The notes beneath the pieces were generated by a model. The model saw only the letters and a program-made list of their open reading frames with translations. It was not told where the DNA came from and searched no databases. The translations under genes and the position numbers were made by a program. A stretch of 64,000 bases of DNA from Hydrurus foetidus. Taxonomy: Eukaryota. The DNA is taken from contig UYFQ01000767.1 of assembly GCA_900617105.1 (NCBI GenBank), positions 1 through 64,000 of the forward strand. The letters are read 5' to 3'. Below, in pieces: positions 50,423-64,000 of this stretch (its first letter is position 1; each line of letters starts with the position of its first letter).

Positions 50423-52213
50423 ATCTATCGGACACGATGGGTAAGTGACGCTATTCCCTCACCTTCCCTATCCCTCTAGCACTCTACTGAGAGACATCTC
50501 GTCTCATCTCGTCTCATCTCGTCTCGTCTAAAGCGCGATTGGCTCGACAGATCTGCCTTAACTTGAGAACGCATGCTGTTTCGTCTGGTCGACCATCACA
50601 ACGGCACGACGACAAAGATAGTTTAGCCTACGCACAGTAGGATAGCATATATGATATGGGATAGAATTGCATCAGGCAGGAAGCAATTCGAGCATACTCA
50701 TCGATGTCCCATCTATCAGAAGCATAGAATGCACATACATAATGCTTCTATTTTTATTTTGAGTATGTCAGCCGAATGGCACTGTAGTGAAGAGATTCAC
50801 ACAAGTACAGCATGAATACGATTTGTAGCGCAGCCAGCTGACACCCAACCGTGAGACACGAGATGAGATGAGATGACATGGATTACACAGCATTACACGA
50901 TTAATCGATATAACTATTTATTTTATTTTATATGATACCGTTGCAGACAGAGCAATTATACTTTCGAATTACACCGAATTCATTTAGATCGAATTGCGTG
51001 ATGTACTATAAAAGAAGAATAACATGTGCAGTATCACTCTTTTTTTGAGCTGTTGCTTACGCACGTACTTAAAGCCATTCATCAGTACAACGCTGCGCAC
51101 CGCGTCCTCCCTTTCTTTCTAGCTCTGTGTATGTGAGTGTCTCTCTTTTTCTCCCTCTCCCGTTCACTCTCTTTCTCTCTCTCTCTCTGTCTTGTTATGG
51201 GATATATCATGCTGATGTTATGCTAAGTGAGGTAGCGTTGCGTCTAGGTGCGTAGTAGAGTATGTCTGTATCGATGAATGTACAGCGTAGCATGTGCGAG
51301 AAGCAATGTGTCTTTCCCTTCTCTACTCATTAGCTCTCTCTCTCTCTGTCTCTCGCTCACTCTATCAAAAAACGTCTTGAAAAAAAATCTCATCACACAA
51401 AAGGTTTTATTACGATTTGAATCGAGTACAATACTGGAGAAAGAGACACAATACCAATACGAAAAATACAGTGTACAAAATACAGAATTATCATAATGAG
51501 ATAAAACCTAAAGTGCATACTATCGCAACAGTACATTTTATCAACAGCACTCCACAGTTACCTGCATCAGGCGTATGAAGTGTACAGCCTTTGCGGTAAC
51601 ATCCGCTAAATCTACCGTTATACCGGCTAGATACGACACAAACTGCTACGGCCGGTAGTACTGGATGAGAATTTGTTGTTGGCGTTGTATTGGTATACTA
51701 CTCCATTGCTGTTGGACAGCACCCAGTAGGTGGCTTTGACTTATCGTACGTCTCCTGAGTATCGGTCATGAAGTAATGAGGGTATGTTAACGGTACCACT
51801 CTCACATTGTTCTCAAAGGAACTCAGAACTTTTGAATCGAATCGGAATCAATTTTCATCTTTCCTACAGGAATTCCAAATTTGAATTTGAATTTAAATTA
51901 TTGTTCTTCATTTCCATTTTTCGATTGTAAACTCTATCATCCTACAATTTATTTCTGCAAGAATATCATCCTTGGAAGCTGACGGCTCTCTGATGAGTAC
52001 GTTCGTTAGAATAGATGGCTCCATATTTCTCATGTATATTTGTACGATTTCAAAGCAATTATTATTTCATTTTTGCCATGGACGTGAAGTGGATGCAGGA
52101 CTGCGACATAGAAAAATCGTCACGACTTGATTGACTCGCCTGCTCTAGTGAAGTAGTGAGAGCAGCTACTGCCTGTCTTGCCTGTCGCAGGAGACGGCTG
52201 ACATCCATCAGTA

Positions 52214-55200
52214 AATCTCGATTCGAGCTCTTAGTAGATTAATCTGGTAAGAACTAAATATCAAGATAACATTAGAACACATGCGAAGCCGTCAATCAAG
52301 GTATTGATGCTGCGCACCTTCAGGCGGACAGCATCAATTTTACACGGTGTGTCGCTGATCTATTCGATGATGTTCCTACATGCTGCTATATCACTATCAA
52401 AGTTCCTATTTGTATCTGCAGGTTTTGAATATCGCAAGATGTCAATAATTTGAGATGTGACAATTCAATAATTGCACTTCACTGGCATTTCTACCTGGAG
52501 TATTCATCGAGGTCATAGGAGCACTTAGTGGTTCGCGATACCCTGTCCTCTGATCTCCTTCCAGCCACGGAAATTGCAGCGAGACAATTGTGTTCGGGAC
52601 AATTCATGCAGTCCTGCTGCTGAATCCAGCCGATATGTGTTGTTCAGTGCGTTGTCGAACCCCTTGTACTGTTCGAAGTTCTGTTATAGATGAAGGAGCA
52701 AATCGCATCGCACGTCGCACGTGAATAGTCTTCAGTTTCACCAAATTTTGCCCCAAAACACGGCAAAAGTCACAATCAGTGTTGGGATATGCGTAGACTA
52801 GGAATCCCTTTGGGGATAATATCATGAGCGATATCCAGTCCGGATAGTTGTAGCTTAGGCATACGTTTTATGATTCCTTGTAGACCGGTTGATACTATAC
52901 ACCAACCCGCGGTCACATCAGGAATGAAATGTTGGAGTGATGAATCACACCAAGTAGCATACTAGCAGTTAGTATACAGCTGATGAAGTGGATGTTTTGA
53001 CATGCTAACCACTTCTTATTAAAAGAGACTATATGACATCACGTCATTATACCTACACTAGTTGACTTTTCTGCTGCTCTGGCTAGGCTTGCATTTCACA
53101 AGGTGTATTCTCAACGAATCACTAGCAACCTACCAGTTCAGTACCGGGATCAGTTATCCCTAAAGGAACGGTTTTACCAAGAATCAGCGAGCAGAGTCCG
53201 AGTTCCCAACAAAGAGTCGGATAGCATTCAGATTCTTCCGACTCCCAAACCCGGACTCTTGCATTCGACACTCTGGACAGCATGGAGCAAATCAGAGATT
53301 GGAGCTCCGAATCTAAGGCGCGAGTGGGCCAATCTGAAAGAAAAGCGAGGAGATTCAACACGTTAACCGTCGACGTCGATGTTGAAGAATTCGCCCCTCT
53401 TCATTTCGATGTTGGAGAGACAGTAGGCGCTATCAGAAAGGAGAGACGCGACGGATACGGTAATCTAGGCGGCTGGTAAAGGCATGGTTCGCGGATATTG
53501 ACGGACGGGCACAATCTCCTGGATGATAATTACTTATCTCATGGATTCACTCAAGAGGGTAAATGCGACAACGTTTCCTATGTTCTCATGTCTCATTTCC
53601 TGTGACTAATAATCAACCAATCCTATTATGGGTTGAATCTTTGACAATGTGATGAATTTGTGAACCAAATCCGATCATTTAATTTCACTTGCGCATGATA
53701 TGACATATTTATTCTTGCCAATTTCATTCCTTCTCTCATCCCGTCCCATCCCATTCCATCCCATCCCAGCCCATCCCATCCCATCACTTTAGTCCAACGC
53801 CGCATTGACGCATTGATCTCATCCATTACCAACATCGACAGCGGCATCAGCAGGTATTAATTATCAATTATATTCGATCTTCCCGCCACAACCGAACGCC
53901 TATTCGTCACGATCCATGCGTGCTACATTATTGTGAAGAAGATAAGTAGGAGTAGTGCAACGCTCTGCATTTGCAACTCTCTAGGTCGATAGTGCCACTA
54001 CTCACTGCAGAAGGGAGGGTTCCCACTCCTGTAGTAAGTTGTGGAACTATCGACCTAGAGAGGCCGGTGTCAGTGCGTCCAGATGAAGCGCTGCACAATA
54101 CAGTGAGGCTGCTGACCGTCTCCTACACTGCACAGCACTGTATGAACAACACCATCTCAACCTCTTCATCACCACACGTCAGCTAGGCATCAGATTTGAC
54201 ATTGTCCACCTGATGAACCTGATAATAATGTGACCCACCCAAGACATAACTCAAGAATGTCACCAATTTCCAATTTCCAATTTTATTCATCCTCTTCTCC
54301 TGTCTTCGTACTTAACAGAGGTAATTCCAATTGATCGATCTCAGAGATTGGTGCTCGCCAATGGAGGATAAGAGCTGTAGATGAAAATATTTTTGAGAGA
54401 ATAGCTGATTCCGGATATTTGTCCAGTCGACTTCAACCACGCTTTAGTCAGCTCCCAAACTACACGCATCGGTGCAGCTCAAAGGACGTCTTTTATAACT
54501 GACCCACTTTCATACGAACCCGTCCCTACCGACAAGACATACCGTCACCAGAACCTTCATTACCACCCGCTGCAACACCAACCAAGACACCGACTCCAAT
54601 GCCAACCGAGATACCGACTGCAATGCCAACTGAGACACCCACAGCAGTACCGTCACAAGGACCTTCGTCAGTGTCGTCTGTAATGCCCGCCGCTCTTCCA
54701 CAGTGATCTATTCAGCCGAAGTCACCCATAAAATGTCCTTAATTTAAACCAACAAAATGTCCTATTTTCGAGCCTTCAAGAGCACCAATGTAATGTCCTA
54801 CATTCGAACAGTACAGTAAAAATGTGCATGGAGCAGTAGGCACTTCGAGACTTTTCTTCGAGGTATCGCCTACGACGAGCATAGAATGAATACAGTGCTT
54901 CTATTTTTCTTTTAAAGCAAGCCACTGGCACTGCAGTTTAGAGAAAGACAAGTGCAACAGAAACAAGATTTGAAGCGTAGTAGGCTGAGATTTAACCACG
55001 AGGCGCGAGATGGCATAAAAGTACTCTACGCGACTGATTAACAGACACTACTTCATTTCATTTTAGTTTGTTCGACGCCTTTGCGGACAGCCCAATAATA
55101 TTTCTGAATTGAACTGCCTGATATATAACATAAGAGAAATACCGTAAGCGAGATCAATCTCTTGATGATGAATTATGAAGTACATCAAAAGTAATGTATC

Positions 55201-57564
55201 AGAGAATGCCTACTTACGAATCTGCCTGCATCGCATGGATTGCGTGATACTGTACTGTATGGGAGCCACATACGTACCTCCCGCATATGTTAAAAAATAA
55301 AACAAAGCAATGTAAAACTGTGAGTCCGAAATACGGACAAAAAAATATTTATCGTCGAATCACAACTGGAAGGTTGGAGTTGCAGTAGGTGGTGACGATG
55401 ATACTGGTGATGGAGCTGAAGTGGTTGCCTTGATTGGTGTTTTAGTCGGTGGTGACGATGGTCCTGGTGACGGTACTGATATCGGTGTCTTCGTTGGCGT
55501 TGCAGTCGGTGGTGATGATGGTCCTAGTGACGGTACTGCAGTAGGTGTCTCGGTCGGCATTGCAGTCGGTGTCTTCGTTGGCGTTGCAGTCGGTGGTGAC
55601 GATGGTCCTGGTGACGGTGCTGCAGTAGGTGTCTGAGTGTTGCGGTCGGTGGTGACGTTGATTCTGGTGATGATCGTTTTTTGTATTGTCGTCGATAGGG
55701 ATGGGTCGTGCATTAAAGTGGATCAGTAATAGAAGACGTCCTTTGAGCTGCACCGATGCGTGTAGTTTGGAAGCTGGCTTAAGCGTGGTTGAAGTCGACT
55801 GGACAATTATCCGGAATCAGCTATTCTCTCAAAAATATTTTCATCTACAGCACTTATCCTCCATTGGCGAGCACCAACCTCTGAGATCGATCAATTGGGA
55901 CTATCTCTGTTAAGTACGAAGACAGGAGAAGAGGATGAATAACATTGGAAATTGGAAATTGGTGACATTCTTGAGTTATATCTTGGGTGGGTTACATTAT
56001 TGTCAGGTTCATCAGGTGGACGATGATAGAGCTGATGCCTAGCTGACGTGTGGTGATGAAGAGGTTGAGATGGTGTTGTTCGTGCAGTGTAGGAGACGGT
56101 CAGCAGCCTCACTGTATTGTGCAGCGCTTCATCTGGACGCACTGACACCAGCCTCTCTAGGTCGATAGTTCCACAACTTACTACAGGAGTGGGAACCCTC
56201 CCTTCTGCAGTGAGTGGTGGCACTATCGACCTAGAGAGTAGCAAATGCAGAGCGTTGCACTACTCCTTCTCATTTTCTTCACAATAATGAAGTACGCATG
56301 GATCGTGACGAATAGGCGTTCGGTTGTGGCGGGAAGATCGAATATAATTGATGATTAATACCTGCTCATGCCGCTGTAGATGTTGGTAGTAGATGAGATC
56401 AATGCGTCAATGCGGCGTTAGATGAAAATGATGGGCTGGGCTGGGATGGGATGTTAGAAGGAATGAAATTGGCAAGAATAAATATGTCATATCATGCACA
56501 GGTGAAATTAAATGATCGGATTTGGTACACAAATTCATCAAAGTGTCAAACAACCCATAATAGGATTGGTTTATAATAGGACATAGGAAATGAGATATGA
56601 GGACGTAGGAAACGTTGTCGAATTTACCTTCTAGAGTGAATCCATGAGATAAGTAATTATCATCCGGGAGATTGTGCCCGTCCGTCAACATCCGCGAACC
56701 ATGCCTTTACCAGCCGCCTAGATTACGGTATCCGTCGCGTCTCTCCTTTCTGACAGCGCCTGCTGTCTCTCCAACATCAAAATGAAGAGGGGCGAATCCC
56801 TCAACATCGACGTCGACGGTTAACGTGTTGAATCTCCTCGCTTATCTTTCAGATTGGCCCACTCGCGCCTTAGATTTGGAGCTCCAACCTCTGAAGTGCT
56901 CCATGCTGTCCAGAGTGTCAAATGTAAGAGTCCAGGTTTGGGAGTCGGAAGAATCTGAATGCTATCAGACTCTTTGTTGGGAACTCGGACTCCGCTCGCT
57001 GATTGTGACTTTTGCCGTGTTTTGGGGCAAAATTTGGTGAAACTGAAGACTATTCACGTGCGACCTGCGTTGCGATTTGCTCCTTCATCTACAACAGAAC
57101 TACGAACAGTACAAGGGGTTCGACAACGCACTTAACGAGTCATATCGGCTGGATTCAGCAGCAGGACTGCGCGAATTGTCCCGAACACAATTCTCTCGCT
57201 GCATTTTCCGTGGCTGGAAGGAGATCAGAGGACAGGGTATCGCGAACCACCAAGTGCTCCTATGACGTCGATGAATACTCCAGGTAGAAATGCCAGTGAA
57301 GTGCAATTGTTGAATTGTCACATCTCAAATTATTGACATCTTGCGATATTCAAAACCTGCAGATATAAATAGAAACTTTGATAGTGGTATAGCAGCATGT
57401 AGGAACATCATCGAATAGATCAGCGACACGTCGTGTAAAATTGATGCTGTCCGCCTTGAGGTGCGCAGCATCAATACCTCGATTGACGGCTTTGCATGCG
57501 TTCTAATGTTATCTTGATATTTAGTTCTTACCAGATTAATCTACTAAGAGCTCGAATCGAGATT
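52214..57564. repeat. Long inverted duplication (arms ~52214-54700 and ~55400-57564)
   Basis: aatctcgattcgagctcttagtag... at 52214 is the reverse complement of the sequence ending at 57564. Twin ORFs lie on opposite strands (53971+/56244-, 53361-/56825+). Confidence 0.93.
52780..53182. mobile_element. Solo LTR (403 bp) with 5-bp TSD ATCAG
   Basis: Present only in the left arm. Termini TGTTGG...CCAAGA (one mismatch from CCAACA). ATCAG at 52775-52779 and 53183-53187; the empty site is visible in the right arm at ~57000. Confidence 0.75.
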
Positions 57565-59155
57565 CGAGTCGACTTATGCGCAGGAGATGCACGATAAGCT
57601 AAAGGTTAAAGCTGCCTACTGGACGTTATCCAAAAATGGAGAAGTGTAGTTAAGTACCGGAAATAAGTCGTCCCCTCGGGAAAGTGTAGGACCATACTTC
57701 ACCGCTGAGATATACTCGACCAAACCTACCAACTTTCAAAACTCCAACGCATAACAATATTACCAATTGTCGCTGAACGTTCTCAACTTTTTCCTCGACT
57801 TATTGGTACTACTATTTCACTTTCTTTACATATTTCAGTTCCGAATGATGGTGCGATTGATTAGCAAATTCTATCGATTTTATCCTATCGTTTCATCGAT
57901 TTGAATACAAAAACTAAACAAATTATTTTGCATCTACATACTGTCAAGCGAATTCGCTTACTGAGACACTAAAAAATAAAAAATAAATTAAATGTTGAGT
58001 TATTACCGTTACAAGGTTCGTTGAGAAATAAATGAATACATCAAAATTCACTTTAATGTACTGAACCACGCATGATTATTCTTGAGAAGTATGAATTAAT
58101 GTTTGTGAGAAATGTAATAAACAGTTACAAGTGACAAAGCAAATAAATTAATTAATTAATTAATAAATAAATAAATAATTCACTAATACAAAAATGAATG
58201 AATAAATGAATAATTCAATAATAAAAAAATGACGAGTTTGCATCAGATCGTTGCACAGAAAGTAAATTTATCAGCAATGAGCGCCGTAGACTGAATCACG
58301 TGAAAGTTGATTGTAAATTTTTGTCGGACTAGGAGAGTGATCAACAAGATTTTATTTTATGGGATTTTATTGGATTTTATTTATTTTCTCCTGCTATGCA
58401 AGTGTGTCACATATTTCATTACTTTTCCTTCCTTCCTTTCTTTCCTCATTTCTTTTTTCTTTTTTTCTATTATTTGGCTTTCGGAATTTTTGCTTTCATT
58501 GGAGCACATGAGTGAAAGGGCTTCAATCATTTTATTTGATGCAAATTCAGATTACTTCATCTAACCTCTTCCTCACGTCACTCGACAAAATTTAAAGTCG
58601 TTGCACTTGATTTTTCTTCATTTTGTTTGAATTCATTTCAATAACTTAAAATGAATTGTAGTCGATTGTATTTGAGTTGTCTTTCATTGATATGCCAGTT
58701 GATGTTGTTGTAAACATGATGTAGTGTCAAATGGTGTGATGTAATAGAATTGTTATCCAGCTGGAAACTGTGCTATTCGTCCGATACACCATATTGTGTT
58801 TCCTTATCACATCTTCTTGCTATTTCATCTCATTTCATCTTGCTTTGCTTTGCTTTGTTATTTTATTTCGTTTCATTATTACCTCATTTCACTTAACTTC
58901 ATTTTATTGTATTTTAGTGATCAGGTATACTACACTGTCTTCTCGCTTCACATCCTATATTCAACATAACAAAAACGAAAAGAAAAGGTGAGATAAGATA
59001 AAATAAAATAAAATAAAACATCGTACAAGATATCTTAAAATTAAGAAAAATGTGACCCCAATTCCACATAAATAATTATTTGTCTACTTCAGTAATCGCA
59101 ATTTTCAATGCTTAATCCCGCTATAGAAACTAAATTCATATAAGAAAATAAAAGA

Positions 59156-62100
59156 TCAAATATTAAATACTTCACCTGGAGAAATTTCGAACTCAAGACC
59201 TTTCAATTCCAGAGCTATTGGCACCCCACACGTCATCACAGCATTGCGCAATGAAGAAGTCCCATTGCTGTAATCAGCGAACTCTCCAATTCTCGTTCCT
59301 TTTACTTCATTTTCTCCTTCTTTTAGCCCTATTTTATCTCTATTTGTGCCTTTATTCACATCTATTTTTCGGTAATAAATATCATGCAAGAATTTTTTAT
59401 GTGGCTCATTTCCGTATTTTACGAATACGGATAATTTGGACATCATTAAATGTAGACGAAGGAGAATGTTCTGATGATGGTGGGCTATGCATCGAGTCAC
59501 TTCATCACTCTCCTCTTTACCGATATCGGATACCTCAGCACTACAATACGACCGCCAACTATTCTTATCTACCACCTTTTGCAAGGAAGTAGCATCAAAA
59601 TTATCGAATCGCACAGCGCATTTTGGACCTTGGATCAGATTCCGCGATTCATAAGGATCTTTTTTTAAATCGAAAATTCTCTCAAGACATCCTACCATAG
59701 AGTAAAAGTAAAAAAGTTGAAAAGTAAAAAAGTAAAAGGTACAAGGCGAAAAGGCGGAATAGAGAGGATGTGAAGAAGTAAGTACGGAAGGATCCAAAAG
59801 CATAATTAGAGTCAGCCAAACAATAAACTACAGCATAGGGAGATCGTGGACGAAGAAAATGAAAATTTAAATGGATAAAAAGAAAATAGAAATCTTGGAA
59901 AGAAACAAATATATATTATTCCAGCAAATAAAAGGAAGAATGGCAATAACTGAAATCATTTGATATCCCTCTCATCAAATAATGTAATGTCATGTAATGT
60001 CATATAATATCATATCAAACCGGATTACACCGTATCATATGCTATCCTACCCTCCATCTTGATGATGTCGATATCTTATCTCATGTCATCTTATTTCATA
60101 AAACATCTCGTTTTGTAAGGTGGACTAAATGTGACATTTCATTTACTCCACCTCACCATATCTCAGTTGTGGTTATCGTAACCTGTCACATCACATCACT
60201 TCACATCTTATCATATCATATCGTATCATATCTTATCATATCATGTCACATCACATTATATCACGTCACATCACATCACAACACATCACATCACATCATA
60301 CCACAACACATCAAATCACATCACATCACATCACATCACAACACATTCACATCATATCACATCACATCACATGTCATCACATCACAACACATCACATCAC
60401 AACATAACACATCACATCATATCACATCACATCACATCACATCACAACACATCATATCACATCACATCACATCACATCATATCACATCACATCACATCAC
60501 ATCACATCACATCACATCACATCACATCACATCACATTATACATTATCACATATTATCAACACATTATATACATTACATTATAATGTTGACACACATTAC
60601 ATTACAATATACTATAATATATTATATTATTACATTATAATATATCAATACATTACAATACATTACAATACATTACATTATATATATCACATTTTATTAC
60701 ATTTCATTACAATACATTACATTATATTATATTATGTTACATTATATTTTATTACATTACGATATACTATAATATATCATATTATTACATCACATACATA
60801 TATTACATTACATATTTTAACATTACATTACATTATTTTATACATTATACATCATACATACATATTATCATTACATTATTACATCACATTACATTACATT
60901 ATATTTTATTACATCATTTATATTATACATCAAACACATCATATCACATCACATTATCACATCATATCATATCACATCACATAATACATCATATCACATC
61001 ACATCACATCAAACCACATCATATCACATGACATCACAACACATTTACTCCATCTTACCATTCATTTCTGTAGTTATTATCTTTATATCCATCAAATGAG
61101 CAGCGCTCTGTATTCGACAATCGTGTGGCGTGCTTTCCGTGTTTTTGTGCCATAAAAATAACCGATCTCGAAATCTGTCCATACTGTGATGTACGTGCGT
61201 GCTTGCTAATTTTCTATTGATAATACTGGAGTTGTTTTTGTGTTTATTGTTGTTATTATTATCACTATTATTATCATTATTATTATTATTGTTATTATTA
61301 TCACTATTATTATCATTACTATAATGATGATGTGTGTTGTTGTGCATGGCTTTTTGATGGTGTTTTCCATTTATTAGATGCCCCTCCTTTCCTATTGGTA
61401 TATGTGTATGTACATACGTACGTGTGTTGTTACCATCCCCACCTCCATCTACTTCTACCTCATTTCCTCCACTTCCCCCTCCCTCTATAATGTGGCCGTG
61501 TCTACCGCATATAACGGGCATGAGGGATATACCGTCAAACTTCACGTTAACCGGTGTTTTTATTCCGGCTGCTTCCAGGAACGTGGGTACGAAATCTGTC
61601 GTGGCTGCCCAGACATCGGATGCTGAGTTACCGATCACGGTGTCTTTCCACTGTATGATGCATGGCACTCGAACACCACCCTCCTGTAAAGAGGATTAAT
61701 ACAAATTGAAAAAATAAAAAATAATATTGAAGATAACGAAAAAGAGAAAAACGTGAGAGAGGGAAGAATAAACGAGAAGAATAAGAAGTGTGTGGATTGT
61801 TGATGAAAACGAAAGTAAAAATTAGAATGATAATGATGAATAAAACAAGAAGAACAAGAAGTTGAAGAAAAGAAGTTATGAAGACGGTTGATTTTAATGA
61901 ACAAGAAAAGAAGAAACACCTAGTAGATGGAGAAAAAATGAGGAAAAAAGAAAAGTGGAAAAAAATGTGAAGATAGACTGAAAACAAAAAAATAAATAGT
62001 AAAAAAGAAGCACTGTAATAAATGTTCTACACTGCACTTTTACACCACACAATACTATATGAGAAGAGTAGCAAATGCAATGAACTAACCTGTAACGATC

Positions 62101-62882
62101 TTTTCCTCTGTTTATACAGTCCAGTCATGCCGGCTCCATTCTCGGGCCCGTTGTCGCTCACGAATATTATAAGAGTGTTTTCTTCGATACCGAGAGACTT
62201 GACTGTAAGTAAAGGAATCGGAGAAATTGGATAAATGAGATTATATTATATTAGATGAGTTGGGGTGAGGTGATATGATGTGATACAATGTGAGATGATA
62301 TTATGTGATATGATATAAAATGAGATGAGATGACAAAAGATAGGATCGGATGAAACATGAATCGAGATATGGGATAGGATTGGATGTGATCAAATCGGAT
62401 TCAAAGGTAAAGTAAAATGATCTCCAAAGACAAGATAACAAAAGATAAAGATGAGATGACAAAAAACGAGGTGAGATAAGATAAGGTACAGTGCAGTCAT
62501 CCTCTTCTCTTTTCTCACCAGCATTCAACAGCAATCCGATTGAGTGATCCATTGCCGACACCATCGTCTTGTACTGCCACCTAATTAAAGGAAATACCAT
62601 CAAATAAAATTGAATACAACCAAATTAAAGGAAATGCCATCAAATATGTTTCATCCCTCATAGCCGAGAAGGCTTTTCTGTTGATTTAATGTTATCAAAT
62701 ATACTATACAATATACAACACACAACATTTAACTTAATTCGGTACTCAAGTACCGTATCATCACTCATTAAAAAAATAATTAAACAAATAAGACACAACT
62801 ACAAGTAAAGCAATAAATAAATAAATAAATAACGAGTAGAACAATAAATAAATAAATAACGAGTAGATAACGGGTAGAAAAA

Positions 62883-62973
<91 letters not shown>

Positions 62974-64000
62974 GTAGAACAATAAAAAAGTAGGTGAAAT
63001 AAATTGGGCAGGAGAATAATAAAAATTCGAATATAAATCTCGTTACTTCGAATAAAAGGACTAACACTTCAAAACAAATTATGTGTCCGTAAGATTTATT
63101 TAATGCATGTAATGCAATACTAAATTATTCGTCACATCGTGAAATTAATCTCATGTTTTTTATATATTCTGTACTCTTAATAAACTCATTCATTTATTTA
63201 TTTATTTACTTACTTAATTATCTTTTTACATTTTTGTTATAGTATCATCAATTTTAATAAAATTAAATTTTGTATAGTACAATTTAACCGTCATAAATAA
63301 TAAAAAAAAACGATTTGCCCAATATTTATTAAATAAATTTAGTCTTACACTCTTGATTCTCTCAGAGGTCCATCTTTGCATTTTTGTTTGCTCCAATATT
63401 CATCCGATTTGCCGTGATGTTCACTGTACACCTAAAGTGATTTTTCAGTGTACATTTTAATTATGTTCATGTTATACGGTGTTAGTGAATATGTTAAGAA
63501 TGTAATATAATATAATATAATGTGATACAATTTGATATAATAAATGTAATGTGATGTAATTCATCATGTTACACATGTTTTGTATTCTAATATTATATTG
63601 TGTATACACACAATGTAACGTATCATGGGACATGAAAAGTAACAATCCAATAATTAAATATCTCCTGCTTATGTGCATATATAAATCAAGACCATACTAT
63701 CCGATCACTATACATAGTATGCAGTATAACATTACATTCATTATTATCATCATTACTTTGATCAGTCTGTAGATACAAAAATTCCAGAATACGAAGTACA
63801 GCATACGAAATACTTTTTATGTACCTTTTCCCCCGATTTCAAAACTTCCCACGGACCGTGTGGAGCATTGAACCAAACCTTGAAAAAATAAAAAACAAAA
63901 TGAAATAAAAACGAAGTAAAAATAGACCTTGGAAGTCAATAAGAAAAGTAAAAGTTGGTTTTATATCAAGTTAAAATAGATGACAGATTAAGAAAAGAAA
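59156..64000 (-). CDS. Arylsulfatase-family sulfatase, 3' exons (5' end outside the window)
   Basis: Exons encode VWFNAPHGPW (~63830-63878), YKTMVSAMDHSIG (62520-62580), NTLIIFVSDNGP (62090-62202), EGGVRVPCIIQW/TDFVPT/DGISL (61058-61685) and FDLKKDPYESRNL (59156-59692). Confidence 0.9.
60185..61040. repeat. Intronic (ATCAC/ATTAC)n pentanucleotide microsatellite
   Basis: Directly visible. Confidence 0.93.
62812..62975. repeat. Intronic (AAAT)n microsatellite
   Basis: Directly visible. Confidence 0.95.

Noticed and set aside
51540..52040. Possible minus-strand gene fragment; similarly short ORFs at 19750-20130
   Set aside because: Interrupted frames with no recognisable motif, so I cannot support a call.
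60169..60984. 271-aa His/Ile/Thr-rich ORF
   Set aside because: Translation of an intronic pentanucleotide microsatellite antisense to the sulfatase.

Overview
Eukaryotic, intron-rich genomic DNA (GT-AG introns, long intronic microsatellites). A protist such as a stramenopile is an inference only. About two thirds of the window is nested mobile DNA. From the left: a Ty3/Gypsy LTR element (1-5630, minus) is inserted into a Crypton-like tyrosine-recombinase gene. Two unrelated split-direct-repeat (Ngaro/PAT-type) tyrosine-recombinase retroelements follow, one decayed (7133-12012) and one nearly intact (28419-35102). Also present are a TA-flanked TIR element, a Helentron-like element carrying an OTU/PIF1-helicase fusion and tandem arrays (27591-39804), a full-length Copia element (39898-45235) inside a foldback MITE, a MULE with a 9-bp TSD (45533-48570) and a solo LTR. 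Host genes are a 10-exon Frizzled/Smoothened-like GPCR, two head-to-head LRR paralogues (one with a ~2.5-kb Pro/Thr stalk and a TM helix) separated by the 23-kb transposon stack, and the 3' part of a sulfatase. A ~5.3-kb inverted duplication spans 52214-57564. The most novel-looking signals are (i) a conserved ~75-nt spacer motif between A2 and B2 shared by two otherwise dissimilar YR retroelements and (ii) a Helentron-like element flanked by a 7-8 bp direct repeat. Many frameshifts lie in homopolymers or repeats and may be assembly errors. All calls come from reading motifs by eye; no database searches were run.
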